A stretch of DNA of 64,000 bases from an uncultured Holophaga sp. (GCA_963664825.1 OY761614.1:832001-896000); one strand, 5' to 3'; positions 1 through 9,739 are shown, counted from the first letter of the stretch. Numbers and translations are program-made. Notes: generated by a model from the sequence alone, not told the origin.

Positions 1-273
1 GATCCAGGCCACCTTCTCCGGTTGCCCCAGGGTGCGAGCGTAGAGGAACTTCAGGGCCGCGTAGTGGAGCCCCAACCGGGAGGGCCCAATGGCCTGCTGC
101 CGGAGGACGTCCACCCATCGCCGCACGGCCTCCTGGCTGGCCTCGCCAAGGTCATGGCCAAGGAATTCCTCAAACCGCCGCGCAGAGGCGACGTATTGCT
201 GGATGGTCTTATGGGCGCGGTTCGCCATTTCCAGATCGCCCGAGAATCGGGACAGAGATACACTGACTGCCAT
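1..273 (-). CDS. Tyrosine recombinase/site-specific integrase, N-terminal SAM-like domain (partial; runs off window)
   Basis: Not in ORF track. Manual translation from ATG at 273: MAVSVSLSRFSGDLEMANRAHKTIQQYVASARRFEEFLGHDLGEASQEAVRRWVDVLRQQAIGPSRLGLHYAALKFLYARTLG, a pattern typical of integrase SAM domains. AAGGAGG RBS at 281-287. Confidence 0.8.
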   Translation of the reverse strand, partial: MAVSVSLSRFSGDLEMANRAHKTIQQYVASARRFEEFLGHDLGEASQEAVRRWVDVLRQQAIGPSRLGLHYAALKFLYARTLGQPEKVAWI

Positions 274-336
274 TGCAGTTCCTCCTTGAATGTGGGGCAG
301 GTGCTAGTAACACCGCCATATTCAAGGAGACTGCAA
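273..336 (-). promoter_or_regulatory. Long hairpin covering the integrase RBS
   Basis: ttgcagt(273-279)/actgcaa(330-336) and ctccttgaatgtgg(282-295)/ccatattcaaggag(316-329) are complementary with 1 mismatch. Confidence 0.6.
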
Positions 337-447
337 GCAGCCGATTCAGCAAGCTTTATCGGGCGACCGGGCTGGACGGGCGCGGTTCACCCCTGCCGCG
401 CAAGCGGCTTCGTCCAATAGAGAACACTATGGAAGTGAAGGGGGCGG

Positions 448-837
448 ATGAGGGATCTCCTCTTCAAGGACGAAGTCTTTGCGGCCATCGGAGCTGCTAT
501 TGAGGTGCATCGGATTTTGGGGCCAGGATTCCTGGAATCTGTCTATGCGGAGGCGCTTGCCCTGGAACTCGGAAGACGCGAAATACCTTTTGAAAGGGAA
601 GTCTCCCTCCGGATCTCCTACAAAGGGGAACTGCTCAGCAAGCGGTTCCTGGCCGACATGGTCATGGATGGAAAGCTGGTAGTGGAACTCAAGGCCATCG
701 AAAAGATCGGCCCGGTCGAGCGGGCCCAGATCGTAAACTATCTGAAGGCGGCAGGATTGAAGGTCGGCCTGCTCATCAATTTTGGTTCCCATCCCAAGCT
801 TGAATGGGAGCGGATCGTTCATCAGGCACCGGATTGA
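448..837 (+). CDS. GxxExxY family protein (PD-(D/E)XK nuclease-like)
   Basis: LGPGFLESVY motif, ADMVMD..VVELKA, QIVNYLK, GLLINFG; 129 aa. Confidence 0.93.
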   Translation: MRDLLFKDEVFAAIGAAIEVHRILGPGFLESVYAEALALELGRREIPFEREVSLRISYKGELLSKRFLADMVMDGKLVVELKAIEKIGPVERAQIVNYLKAAGLKVGLLINFGSHPKLEWERIVHQAPD

Positions 838-848
838 GTGAAAAGAAG

Positions 849-945
849 AACGCGAAGAGCGCTGAGGAAGCGAAGGACGCGAATGGGAATGCCTTGCCTG
901 ATTTCATTTCTTCGCGCTCTTGGCCCCCTTCGCGGTCTTCGCGTT
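849..945. repeat. Inverted array of 9-nt periodic repeats (4 units + 4 inverted units)
   Basis: aacgcgaag-agcgctgag-gaagcgaag-gacgcgaat ... cttcgcgct-cttggcccc-cttcgcggt-cttcgcgtt. Confidence 0.8.
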
Positions 946-1079
946 CTATCCTTTCCTGATGTCGAGAATCCAGATCCTCTCTGATAACGTCGCGACCATG
1001 TGGGTCACGCAGCACGCTCCAGTGGAGCGCGCGGAGTGGGGCCCCACAGGGAGCGAATCACGGACGGGAAGGAACTGAG

Positions 1080-2861
1080 ATGCCACGTATCCGTATACTC
1101 CCCGACAATGTCGCCAACCAGATCGCGGCGGGCGAAGTCGTGGAGCGGCCGGCCTCTGTGCTCAAGGAACTGGTGGAGAACGCTCTCGACGCTGGCGCCA
1201 CGGCCCTGGAGATCCGCTGGGAGGAGGGCGGCAAGCGCCTGCTGGAAGTCTCCGATGACGGCAGCGGCATGGGGCGGGACGATCTCTACTTGGCCCTGGA
1301 ACGCCACGCCACCAGCAAGGTCCGCACGGCCGACGACCTGGGCCACCTGGAGAGTTTCGGGTTCCGGGGGGAGGCCCTGCCCTCCATCGCCTCCGTGGCG
1401 CGCTTCGAACTCCACAGCGCCGAGCGGGATGGGGAAGGCCATCGCCTGCGGAGCGAATTCGGCGTCATCAAGGAGGTGGCCCCGGCGCCCCGCTCCCACG
1501 GCACCACCGTCACGGTGCGGGATCTCTTCGCCCAGCTCCCGGCCCGCAAGCGCTTCCTGAAATCCACGGACACCGAGCACGCCCATCTCTGGGGCGTCGT
1601 GACTCGCATGGCCCTTTCGACACCCGGTGTCCGCTGGACCCTCCGCACGGATCGCAGCAGCGATCTCGTAATGCCCCCGGTGACGGATCCCGGGGCCCGC
1701 CTGGCGCCCCTCTTGGGAGATAAATTCGGAAGCCTCGTGCCCTTCCAGGAGGGCCAAGCGCCCTGGCAGATCCGCGGTTACATCTCGGGACCCGAACTCT
1801 CCTTCCGGGACCGCAATCATCTTTATCTCTTCGTGAATGGCCGCTCCGTGCGGGATCGCCTGCTGCTGGCGGCCCTCTCGGCGGCCTGGCAGGGCTACTT
1901 TCCCAAGGGCGCCTACCCTGCGGCCGTGCTCTTCCTGGAGCTTCCCGCCGACGCGGTGGACGTGAACGTGCACCCCACCAAGGCCGAAGTGCGCTTCCGG
2001 GATCCCCAGCGCATCTTCCCCTGGGTGAGCCGCGCCGTGCGGGAGGCCTGGGCCCAGCTCCGGGGGGATCTCCCTTCGGTATTGGACCTGCCCCCCAAGC
2101 CCCTGGAGGCCGAATTCGATACGGCCCTCAAGCCCGTCACCGCCCAGCAGCCCCATCTCTGGACGGAGCCTGCTGGCGAGGCTTTTCACGTCCTGGAACA
2201 GGCCTTCGAGAAGCGCCTGGACACGGCCTACGCTGCGCGCCCCCAGGAAAGCAGAGCCGCCGAAGCGGAGAGAGGAACGCCGGACGTGGCTTACCTCGGC
2301 GCCTTCGATGCCACCTACCTGATCGCCGAAGTCCAGGGAGCCCTGGAACCCGAACTCTGGATCATCGATCAGCATGTGGCCCACGAGCGCATCCTCTTCG
2401 AAAGGCTCTTCCTGCGTGGCCACTCTCCCGCCATCCAGCCCCTGCTGCCCCCCCAGGTGGTGCACCTGGGCCCGGCAGCCCTTTCCCGCCTAGCCCCCTT
2501 CCTGGAGGAACTCAACCGAATCGGCGTGGAGTGCGAGGGCTTCGGCGAGGATGCCCTCGTGATCCGCGGCCTGCCGGATTTCCTCATCGATCGCGACCCC
2601 CAGGGCCTCCTGGAAGATCTGCTGGCGCGGCTAGAACAAGAGGGCCGGGTGGATCTCGATCTGTTTCGCCGAGAACTCAACGGCGAACTCGCTTGCCGCG
2701 CCGCCATCAAGAAGCATCACCGCCTGAGCCCGGAACTGGCCCTGGGCCTCATCCAGGACCTGATGGCCTGCCAGGTCCCCCACACCTGCCCCCATGGACG
2801 ACCCGTCATCAAGAAGCTGACCCGGGGGGAACTGGAGCGGAGCTTCGGACGGAGAGTGTAG
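1080..2861 (+). CDS. mutL: DNA mismatch repair endonuclease MutL
   Basis: NQIAAGEVVERPASVLKELVENALDAGA, GFRGEAL, DVNVHPTKAEVRF, DQHVAHER, ACRAAIK, CPHGRP. Confidence 0.98.
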   Translation: MPRIRILPDNVANQIAAGEVVERPASVLKELVENALDAGATALEIRWEEGGKRLLEVSDDGSGMGRDDLYLALERHATSKVRTADDLGHLESFGFRGEALPSIASVARFELHSAERDGEGHRLRSEFGVIKEVAPAPRSHGTTVTVRDLFAQLPARKRFLKSTDTEHAHLWGVVTRMALSTPGVRWTLRTDRSSDLVMPPVTDPGARLAPLLGDKFGSLVPFQEGQAPWQIRGYISGPELSFRDRNHLYLFVNGRSVRDRLLLAALSAAWQGYFPKGAYPAAVLFLELPADAVDVNVHPTKAEVRFRDPQRIFPWVSRAVREAWAQLRGDLPSVLDLPPKPLEAEFDTALKPVTAQQPHLWTEPAGEAFHVLEQAFEKRLDTAYAARPQESRAAEAERGTPDVAYLGAFDATYLIAEVQGALEPELWIIDQHVAHERILFERLFLRGHSPAIQPLLPPQVVHLGPAALSRLAPFLEELNRIGVECEGFGEDALVIRGLPDFLIDRDPQGLLEDLLARLEQEGRVDLDLFRRELNGELACRAAIKKHHRLSPELALGLIQDLMACQVPHTCPHGRPVIKKLTRGELERSFGRRV

Positions 2862-2887
2862 GAACAGAGCCACGCGTTTCCCCCTGC

Positions 2888-2914
2888 TTTTCTCCGTGAG
2901 CTTCCGTGGTGAAT
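2888..2914 (-). repeat. Short ATTCACCACGGA-led periodic repeat remnant
   Basis: Reverse complement attcaccacggaagctcacggagaaa resembles copies at 45002, 53065 and 55246. Confidence 0.5.
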
Positions 2915-2918
2915 CCGC

Positions 2919-5900
2919 TTAAAGCGCCTCGGGACCTCCTTCCCATTTCTCCCGTTCGGAAACCAGATCCAGTCCCATGCGCTTGGCGGCCACGTAGAGG
3001 GCCGGGCGGGTGATCCCCAGGCTGAGAGCGGCTTCGCTGACCTGGAAGCGGTGCTGGCGGAGGGTGTCCAGCAGGAACTGGCGCTGGAATTCCCGTGTGG
3101 CCTGTTCCCAGGTGCGGTTGCGGAGGATGGGCGCCTGGAGTTCGGGGAAATGCTCGGGTTTCAGGGGGCCGGATCCGCAGCGGAGGAGGGCGCGCTCCAG
3201 GGCGTGGCGCAGCTCCCGGAAATTGCCGGGCCAGGGCAGACGGCTGAGGGCCTGGGCCAGGCCCGGCGCAACTTCGGGAAAGGGCGCCTTGGCCTCCTGG
3301 GTGATCTGGGCGATGAGCCTCGGGATGAGATACGGGAATTCGTGGCGGCGCTGCCCCAGGGAAGGCAGCCGCAGGGTGGAGCCCTGGAGGCGGTACAGGA
3401 GATCCCGGCGAAAGGCGCCGGAGGCCGCCAGTTCTTCCAGAGAGCGATGGGTGGCCGCCAGAAAGCGCACATCCACATGGATGGCCCGATCCGAACCCAC
3501 GCGCCGCACCTCGCGCTCCTGCAATACCCGCAGGAAGAGGCTCTGGAGCCTCGGCGAAAGATCGGCCACCTCATCGAGGAAGAGGGTGCCCTTATCGGCG
3601 CTCTCGATGGCTCCCCGGCGCTCGTGATCAGCGCCCGTGAAGGCCCCCTTCACGTGTCCGAAGAGTTCGGATTCCAGGAGGCTCTCGGCCAGGGCCGAAC
3701 AGTTCACGGGCACCAGCTGACCCGGGCGGCCGGAAAGCCGGTGGATCTCCCGGGCCGCGAGTTCCTTGCCGCTGCCGGTGGGACCCAGGATGAGCAGGGA
3801 GAGTTCCGAAGGGGCCACCCGATTCAGCTCCCGGAGCAGGCTGGCCATCGGTTCCGAACCATCGGCCAGGAGGGCGCCCCCCTCCAGGGGTGGCGCGGCT
3901 TGCGGCGCAGGATGGACCAGGGCCAACCAGGGCGCCAATCGCCTCAGATCCGCGCAGGGGTCCGGGGGAGCCTCCGGATCCAGGGCCGCCAGGGCGTGCC
4001 CCACCACGCCGCCCTCCCAGACCAGGGGAAACCCCCACCAGAGCCTGCCCTGGGCCTCGAAGGGAGGCAGGGATCCCTGGCGATGGAGATGGCTCAGGGC
4101 CCCTTCCGGGGCCATAGCACCGGAACCCAGCAGCCTGGGCCTTTCGGGGGGGCCCCAGACCAGCCACGTGGGGAACGGGCGCCGGGCCAGGGCCTCCTCC
4201 AAGAGGCCGATCGGATCCTCGGGCTCCTGGGATGAGACCTCGGGCCAGAGGGCGCGCAGGCGCTCCTGATGGCGGGGGGATTCCATGCGGTCGACCAGCA
4301 CCTGCAGCTCCAGCAGGCGGGCCGCGGAACGCTGGGAGGGGAGCTCTTCCAGGAGGGAGAGGCCGGAATCCAGCCGCAGGGGCTGATTGGGACACTCCTT
4401 CCAGAGGTCCCAGAAGGCCTCGCACTCGCTGGAGGCCCCCAGGGCCCGGTGGTAGCGCCAGATCAGGGCCTGCTCCGGGACCAGTCCTGAGGGCGGGGCC
4501 GTGGGAAAGCCCTCCAGGTAGGCCTCGAAGAGCCTCCGGGCCCCGTCATCGGCGAGGTGGGGGAGCGCTTCCTGCACCCAATCCCGCCTCCCGAGATCCA
4601 GGCCGCGCTGGGCCAGGATGTACCAGGGATGGCCCAGCTGGGGGTACTCCGAGATCAGCTTCCGCAGCAGGGGGAGGGCCTGGGGCCATTCGTCCCGGAC
4701 GGCCAGCAGCGTGAGTTCCTCCAGCTCCCGGTGGGGCGAGGGTTGGGGGCCCCGGAGGGCCCTCCACCGAGCCAGGCCCGGGAGATCCCCCCAGAAGAGG
4801 GCCGCCTGCGCGGCGTTGGCCGCCGCCCGTTCGGCCCAGAAGGAGCTGCCCAGGCGCAGGAAATGGGCATGGGCCCAGGTGAAGGCCCTCAGGGCCCGCT
4901 CGATCCCTTGAGCCCGGTAGGCGAGGATGCCCTCGGCCATCCAGTGGAAGGGGTCTGCACAGGGATGAGCGCTCGCGCCCCAGGCGGGATAGCCGGGAGC
5001 CTGGGGAGCCGGGGCGCTGCCCGGCCAACGCATGCGCAGCCTGTCGAGGGCGGGGTCCCCGCAGGGTTCCGGTGCCTGGGCCACGGCCTCCCCGGCCAGA
5101 TCCCCTTGGACAGGAGCTGTCCAGCCCCCGGGCAGGGAGCCATCCGGTGGCTGGGTTCCCGCCAGGATCTCCACCCCGGGACTCCCAGGGAGGTCTCCCA
5201 GGGCCAGGGAGGGCGGGAGGAGTGCCTCCAGGGCCGCCGAGCAGGCGCCGAGGCCCCGGCCCCAGGCCCGCAATAGGGGCGCCACCGCAAAACCCAGGCC
5301 CGGCACCCCGTGGAGCCACTTCGTGCCCTGAAGGCTCAGGAGCGCCGGAGGGAGTTCCGGGAGCACCAGGGGCAGGAAGGGGGTTGGACCCTGAGCCAGG
5401 AGTTCGGTCCAGGGCAATGCCCCGGGGGGCGTTCCCGTCGGCAGGAGGCGGCCCTCCGCGTCCATGGAGCCCAGGAGCGTCTCCCACCAACCTGGGGGGA
5501 GCCCGCGCAGGGGGGCCGGGACGAGGGGCTCGAGGAAGGGCGGCAGGCAAAGGGTTCCATCCTCCTCCACCGCTCCCAGCAGGGCCACCCAGCGCTCCCG
5601 AGTCGGCCGGTCCAATAGCACGGTCCCCAGGCTCATCCAGGGGCTCCCGTCCCCCTCCAGCAGGGCCTGCCAGCACCAGGCCCGGAGTTCGTCCTCCCGC
5701 TTCCCCCGCCGCTCGGCGGGAATGGCCGCGCTCCCATGGCGGAGCAGGGAGACCCAGGCGGGATCGGGGCGGGCCGTCCAGGCCCCGGTCAGTTCCTCCA
5801 CCCAGGGGCCCCTCCCCTTCCCGGCCCTCCACGAGGCCCTGGGCCAGCGCCCTTCCCTGCCCCCCAGCATCCAGCCCTGGGCGATGGCGGCCAGGGCCCA

Positions 5901-5984
5901 GGGCGCGTCCCCCCAACGGCGGCCCCGCCCCAGTTCCCAAGGGGCCTCCCAGGCACCCAGCCAGGGGGCCCGCAGGCCGTTCAT
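2919..5984 (-). CDS. Sigma-54-dependent enhancer-binding protein (AAA+ plus Fis HTH) with long TPR-like N-terminus
   Basis: GPTGSGKE, ESELFGHVKGAFTGA, LFLDEV, WPGNFREL, C-terminal AALSLGITRPALY. ATG at 5984 overlaps the aroA stop (ATGA). Confidence 0.9.
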   Translation of the reverse strand: MNGLRAPWLGAWEAPWELGRGRRWGDAPWALAAIAQGWMLGGREGRWPRASWRAGKGRGPWVEELTGAWTARPDPAWVSLLRHGSAAIPAERRGKREDELRAWCWQALLEGDGSPWMSLGTVLLDRPTRERWVALLGAVEEDGTLCLPPFLEPLVPAPLRGLPPGWWETLLGSMDAEGRLLPTGTPPGALPWTELLAQGPTPFLPLVLPELPPALLSLQGTKWLHGVPGLGFAVAPLLRAWGRGLGACSAALEALLPPSLALGDLPGSPGVEILAGTQPPDGSLPGGWTAPVQGDLAGEAVAQAPEPCGDPALDRLRMRWPGSAPAPQAPGYPAWGASAHPCADPFHWMAEGILAYRAQGIERALRAFTWAHAHFLRLGSSFWAERAAANAAQAALFWGDLPGLARWRALRGPQPSPHRELEELTLLAVRDEWPQALPLLRKLISEYPQLGHPWYILAQRGLDLGRRDWVQEALPHLADDGARRLFEAYLEGFPTAPPSGLVPEQALIWRYHRALGASSECEAFWDLWKECPNQPLRLDSGLSLLEELPSQRSAARLLELQVLVDRMESPRHQERLRALWPEVSSQEPEDPIGLLEEALARRPFPTWLVWGPPERPRLLGSGAMAPEGALSHLHRQGSLPPFEAQGRLWWGFPLVWEGGVVGHALAALDPEAPPDPCADLRRLAPWLALVHPAPQAAPPLEGGALLADGSEPMASLLRELNRVAPSELSLLILGPTGSGKELAAREIHRLSGRPGQLVPVNCSALAESLLESELFGHVKGAFTGADHERRGAIESADKGTLFLDEVADLSPRLQSLFLRVLQEREVRRVGSDRAIHVDVRFLAATHRSLEELAASGAFRRDLLYRLQGSTLRLPSLGQRRHEFPYLIPRLIAQITQEAKAPFPEVAPGLAQALSRLPWPGNFRELRHALERALLRCGSGPLKPEHFPELQAPILRNRTWEQATREFQRQFLLDTLRQHRFQVSEAALSLGITRPALYVAAKRMGLDLVSEREKWEGGPEAL

Positions 5985-7252
5985 CCCCCCGCCAGCATGG
6001 AACACCAAGCCTCCCAGAATCCGGGGAAGGTCTTGGCCACGCAATCCGGGTCCTTCAGGTCGCCCCCGCAGACCAGGGCGCCCACGGCCGCGGCGAAGGC
6101 CATGCGGTGATCCCCCCTGGGATCAAAGGCCGGGCGGGACCCGGGCCCAGGACCTGGCTGGATCCGCAGGGCCGCGCCCCCCTGGATTTCCGCCCGGCCT
6201 CCCAGCCACCGCACCAGTGCAACACTGGCCTCAAGACGGTCGCATTCCTTGAAAGGCAGGGTGTGGAGCCCCGTGAGCAGGGATTCCCCCGGAGCCAGGG
6301 CGGCCGTGGCCGCAAGCACGGGAGCCAGATCCGGACAGTCCCTGAGATCGGCCTGAAGGCCGTGCCGGAGGGGCCCGGAGAAATGGAGCGTCGCCCCCTT
6401 CCAGAGGCAGGAGCATCCGGCCCCGGCGAGGATTTCCAGGATCCGGCAATCCCCCTGGGGGTCCATGGGATCCAGGGATTCCAGATCGATGGGACGGCCC
6501 GTGACGGCCGCGGCGCAGAGAAAGGCGGCCGCGCCGCTCCAATCCCCGGGCAGGTTCACATCCTGAGGCCGCAGGCGCCCCCCCGGGATCTCCAGGGAGG
6601 AGCTTCCGAGCCTCCCGACGCATCCGAAGCGCCCCAGCCAGTGGAGGCTCAGTTCCAGATAGCTCCGGGAGGCGGCCTCCCCCGCCCAGCGGATGCACCC
6701 CCCCTGGGGCAGGCCCGCCGCAGCCAGGGCCATTCCCGTCACGAACTGGCTGCTGAGTGTGGCGTCGAGCGAAACCTCCAGGCGTTGGGGTGGCAGGGGG
6801 ACCGGATGTAGGGTTCCTCCCCGGGGACCCTTCTCCCAACGAGCGCCCATGCCTTCGAGGGAGCTCAGGAGGGGTTCCAGGGGCCTTTCGAAGAGGCGGG
6901 GTTCCCCGGCAAGGCTCACGGGCCCATCGGCCTGAAGGGCGAGCCAGGGTAGGAGGAAGCGCAGCGTGCCCCCGGAGGCCCCCAGCCAGAGGGGTTCCAG
7001 GGCGCGGGGAGGGGTGCCGCCGCGGATCTCCCAACCCGCCTCCGATCGGGAGATGGACACACCCAGGCCTCGCAGGGCCTCCTGCATCCAGCCCACGTCC
7101 TCGGCCTCCAGGTCTCCCTGAAGGCGCGAAAGCCCCCGGCACTGCGCGGCTAGCAGCAGCGCCCTGAGGGCGACGGACTTGGAACTCGGGACCGAGGATG
7201 GCCCCAGGGCCTTCCCGGGCGGGAGGGAATCCATGGGAAGCGGAAGGATCAT
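5981..7252 (-). CDS. aroA: 3-phosphoshikimate 1-carboxyvinyltransferase (EPSP synthase)
   Basis: PSSKSVALRALL, SSQFVTG, DCPDL, KECDRL, DHRMAFA. Start uncertain (7252 or 7234). Confidence 0.92.
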   Translation of the reverse strand: MILPLPMDSLPPGKALGPSSVPSSKSVALRALLLAAQCRGLSRLQGDLEAEDVGWMQEALRGLGVSISRSEAGWEIRGGTPPRALEPLWLGASGGTLRFLLPWLALQADGPVSLAGEPRLFERPLEPLLSSLEGMGARWEKGPRGGTLHPVPLPPQRLEVSLDATLSSQFVTGMALAAAGLPQGGCIRWAGEAASRSYLELSLHWLGRFGCVGRLGSSSLEIPGGRLRPQDVNLPGDWSGAAAFLCAAAVTGRPIDLESLDPMDPQGDCRILEILAGAGCSCLWKGATLHFSGPLRHGLQADLRDCPDLAPVLAATAALAPGESLLTGLHTLPFKECDRLEASVALVRWLGGRAEIQGGAALRIQPGPGPGSRPAFDPRGDHRMAFAAAVGALVCGGDLKDPDCVAKTFPGFWEAWCSMLAGG

Positions 7253-7292
7253 GCCCTCAAGGTGGGGGAAAGCGTTCCCCGGGGCAAGGGGA

Positions 7293-7685
7293 CTAGCGGG
7301 CATCCATGTAGGGGACCACCTGGGTCTTTTCGGTCACCAGGGGATAGGTGAAGACGCCGTAGAAATCGATCTTCCGCGTGTAATTGATCCGCACGGTGCA
7401 GCTGCCGGCTTGGCCGTCTCCGACCTTGGTGACGACGATGGCCCCAGGGGCCAGGGCTTCCGGGATGTTCTGTTCCCGCGCCTGCTGGTTGATCTGGGCC
7501 TCGATGGTGGCCTGGGGCAGAATGCCCGCCCGCCCGACCACATTCTCCACGGCGGTAAGGAACTCGTTATTGGAGAAGTAAACGGGCACAGCCTTGAAGC
7601 CCACCGCTCCCAGGAGGGCGATCACGAGCAGGGTGACGATGCAACCGATCTTGCCTTCGCCGCGCTGTTGTTGTGCGTTTCGCAT
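7293..7685 (-). CDS. Small membrane-anchored protein with prepilin-like N-terminus (DUF4845-like)
   Basis: QQRG-EGKIGCIVTLLVIALLGAVGFKAVPVY; 130 aa. Confidence 0.6.
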   Translation of the reverse strand: MRNAQQQRGEGKIGCIVTLLVIALLGAVGFKAVPVYFSNNEFLTAVENVVGRAGILPQATIEAQINQQAREQNIPEALAPGAIVVTKVGDGQAGSCTVRINYTRKIDFYGVFTYPLVTEKTQVVPYMDAR

Positions 7686-7698
7686 GGGATCCTCCGGA

Positions 7699-9738
7699 TC
7701 AGAATTTGAGGTCTTCCAGGGCCTGTTTGACCAGGGGAGCCACCAGGGGCCCCTGGGGTCCGAAGAGGGTCGCCTGGGGGTATTTCAGGGCCTGGTTGAA
7801 GGACTGGATGGCTTCGGGCACGTAGACGTTGCCGAGGCGCAGCAGACAGAGGCCCGTGTAGTAGTCCAATGTGCCCTGGCTCACGCCCTGGGTGGCCATC
7901 ATGCGGGCATCCCGCAGCACTTCCATGGCCCGGTCGAAGAGCCGGAAGTGCATGAGGGCCAGGGCCTGGTTCAGCCGGAGCAGGCCGGCCTCGTCTCCCC
8001 GGGCCCCCAGATAGCGCAGGCGGAGTTCGGCGAGCACGAAGGGGTAGCAGAGATCGGAGCCATTCAAGGGGATCTCCAGGCCCTGCCGACTGAGGGGCAC
8101 CTGGAAGGAGGCCTCGCCCTGGGCGAGGGTGATCTGCTCCCCCGGCGTCTCCGCCAGGGCCCTGCGGAAGGCGCCGACGCTCTCGACGGCCTTGCCATTG
8201 ACCTGGGTGATGGGACTCGAGGCCTTGATCCCGGCCTTGAGGGCCGCCTCATCGGCGCGGAGCACCCAGGGACCGGCTTCCCCCGGCAGATCCAGCATAT
8301 TGAGCCCCGCCCAGGGTTCCCAGAGGGGAGGCATCCGGTTCAGCCGGGCGGCCAGGGCGGCCAGGGGATCCTGTTCCAGGGCCTTGACCACACTGTGATC
8401 CTCTTCGCCCTGGAGGGTGGAGACCACCAACTCGATCTCGTGGATGGGCTTTCCGGGCACGGGGCGGGCCGTGAGGGTGAGCTCGACTTCCTTGCTGGCC
8501 CGGACTCGGGCCAAGGCTTCCGCCGGGCTCTCGCCCTTGGCCGGACTGAGGAAGGCCAGGGCCTGGAGCCGTTCCCCGAAGCCCTCCAGGAGGCGCAGGA
8601 TCCGCTCCCGCCCCGCGAAATCCTCGGAACCCTCAAAGCCCAGATAGATCATGCGGACCTTGGGCCGGGCGTTCACCCGGATGGATTTGCCCTCGGGCAC
8701 CTCCACGCGCTGGGTGAAGCCTCCGGCGGGGTAGCGCACCTGCACGTCATAGACGCCGCTGCACACCTGAAGATCCTTGACCGGCACGGGACCCATGCTC
8801 TTGCCCGAGAGCAGGAGTTCGCCGGGGCTCCCGCTGGCCACCGTGAGCAGGCCCCGGCTGGCCTCGAGCTTGATGGCCTCCAGCAGATGATCGGCGAAGG
8901 GCATCGCGAAGGTGGGATCGAGTTCCATGCGCCGCGTGCGGAAGCAGGGGGCCTGGAATTCCAGGACATGCTTCCCGGCGGAGAGTTCACCCACCACGCA
9001 AGGGGCCGAGAGTTCCTCCAGGCGCAGGCCCGCCTTCGCCGCCAAGGGCCCCATCTCTGGAGGGGCCATGCCCTGGGAGACTCCCACGCGCTTGCCATCC
9101 AGCCAGACCTCGACTCCCCGAGGGGAGGTGCAGAGGATGACCGTGCTGGAGACCCGGGTGAGCTTGAATTCCAGGTTCTTGGCTTCCCGGAGGGCCAGCT
9201 CCACCTGCTGTTCGACGCCCTGGTAGCCGGGCTTGGCATACAGGATCCTGTGGCTGCCGGGAGAGAGGAAGCGCAGGGCCAGGCCCTGGGGCCGAGGATT
9301 GCCGTCCACGCTCAGGCTCCCCCCCTCGGGGTCCAGGCTGAGCTTCACGCGCACGAGCCGCCCACTGCGCAGGGTCTCGAAGAGGCCCTGGAGCCGGGCA
9401 TTGGTGATGACCCGGTCCAGATCGAAATCAGGGTTGAGGGCGAGCAGGGACTCCAGATCCTTGGGCGTCCGGGCCCTCCGGGCCGGGCTCCGGTCATCGA
9501 GGACGGCCAGCCAATTGTAGGTCTCGCAGAGGACCTGCAGCCATCCCCCTTCGAGAGCCTTCCCCTTGGGTTCCAGGGCGCCGAGAACCTGTTCGAATTT
9601 GGCAGTCGCCCCCTCCCGGTCCCCTTGAGTGGCCCAGAGGGCCTTGGCCTCCTGGAAGGTTTCCTTCAGGGCGGGCTCCTGGGCCCAGAGACCCGCACAG
9701 GCGAGGAAGATTAGGGCGCGGCAGATACGCATGGACAT
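7699..9738 (-). CDS. Secreted PEGA-domain protein with C-terminal PDZ-like/TPR region
   Basis: Signal peptide; repeated PEGA-like segments (LSVDG..PGSHRILYAKPGY; TSPRGVEVWLDGKRVG); ITQVNGKAV; helical C-terminus. Confidence 0.7.
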   Translation of the reverse strand: MSMRICRALIFLACAGLWAQEPALKETFQEAKALWATQGDREGATAKFEQVLGALEPKGKALEGGWLQVLCETYNWLAVLDDRSPARRARTPKDLESLLALNPDFDLDRVITNARLQGLFETLRSGRLVRVKLSLDPEGGSLSVDGNPRPQGLALRFLSPGSHRILYAKPGYQGVEQQVELALREAKNLEFKLTRVSSTVILCTSPRGVEVWLDGKRVGVSQGMAPPEMGPLAAKAGLRLEELSAPCVVGELSAGKHVLEFQAPCFRTRRMELDPTFAMPFADHLLEAIKLEASRGLLTVASGSPGELLLSGKSMGPVPVKDLQVCSGVYDVQVRYPAGGFTQRVEVPEGKSIRVNARPKVRMIYLGFEGSEDFAGRERILRLLEGFGERLQALAFLSPAKGESPAEALARVRASKEVELTLTARPVPGKPIHEIELVVSTLQGEEDHSVVKALEQDPLAALAARLNRMPPLWEPWAGLNMLDLPGEAGPWVLRADEAALKAGIKASSPITQVNGKAVESVGAFRRALAETPGEQITLAQGEASFQVPLSRQGLEIPLNGSDLCYPFVLAELRLRYLGARGDEAGLLRLNQALALMHFRLFDRAMEVLRDARMMATQGVSQGTLDYYTGLCLLRLGNVYVPEAIQSFNQALKYPQATLFGPQGPLVAPLVKQALEDLKF

Positions 9739-9739
9739 C

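Noticed and set aside
22..420. Plus-strand 132-aa ORF
   Set aside because: Antisense to the integrase frame, which has a strong RBS and a family-like sequence.
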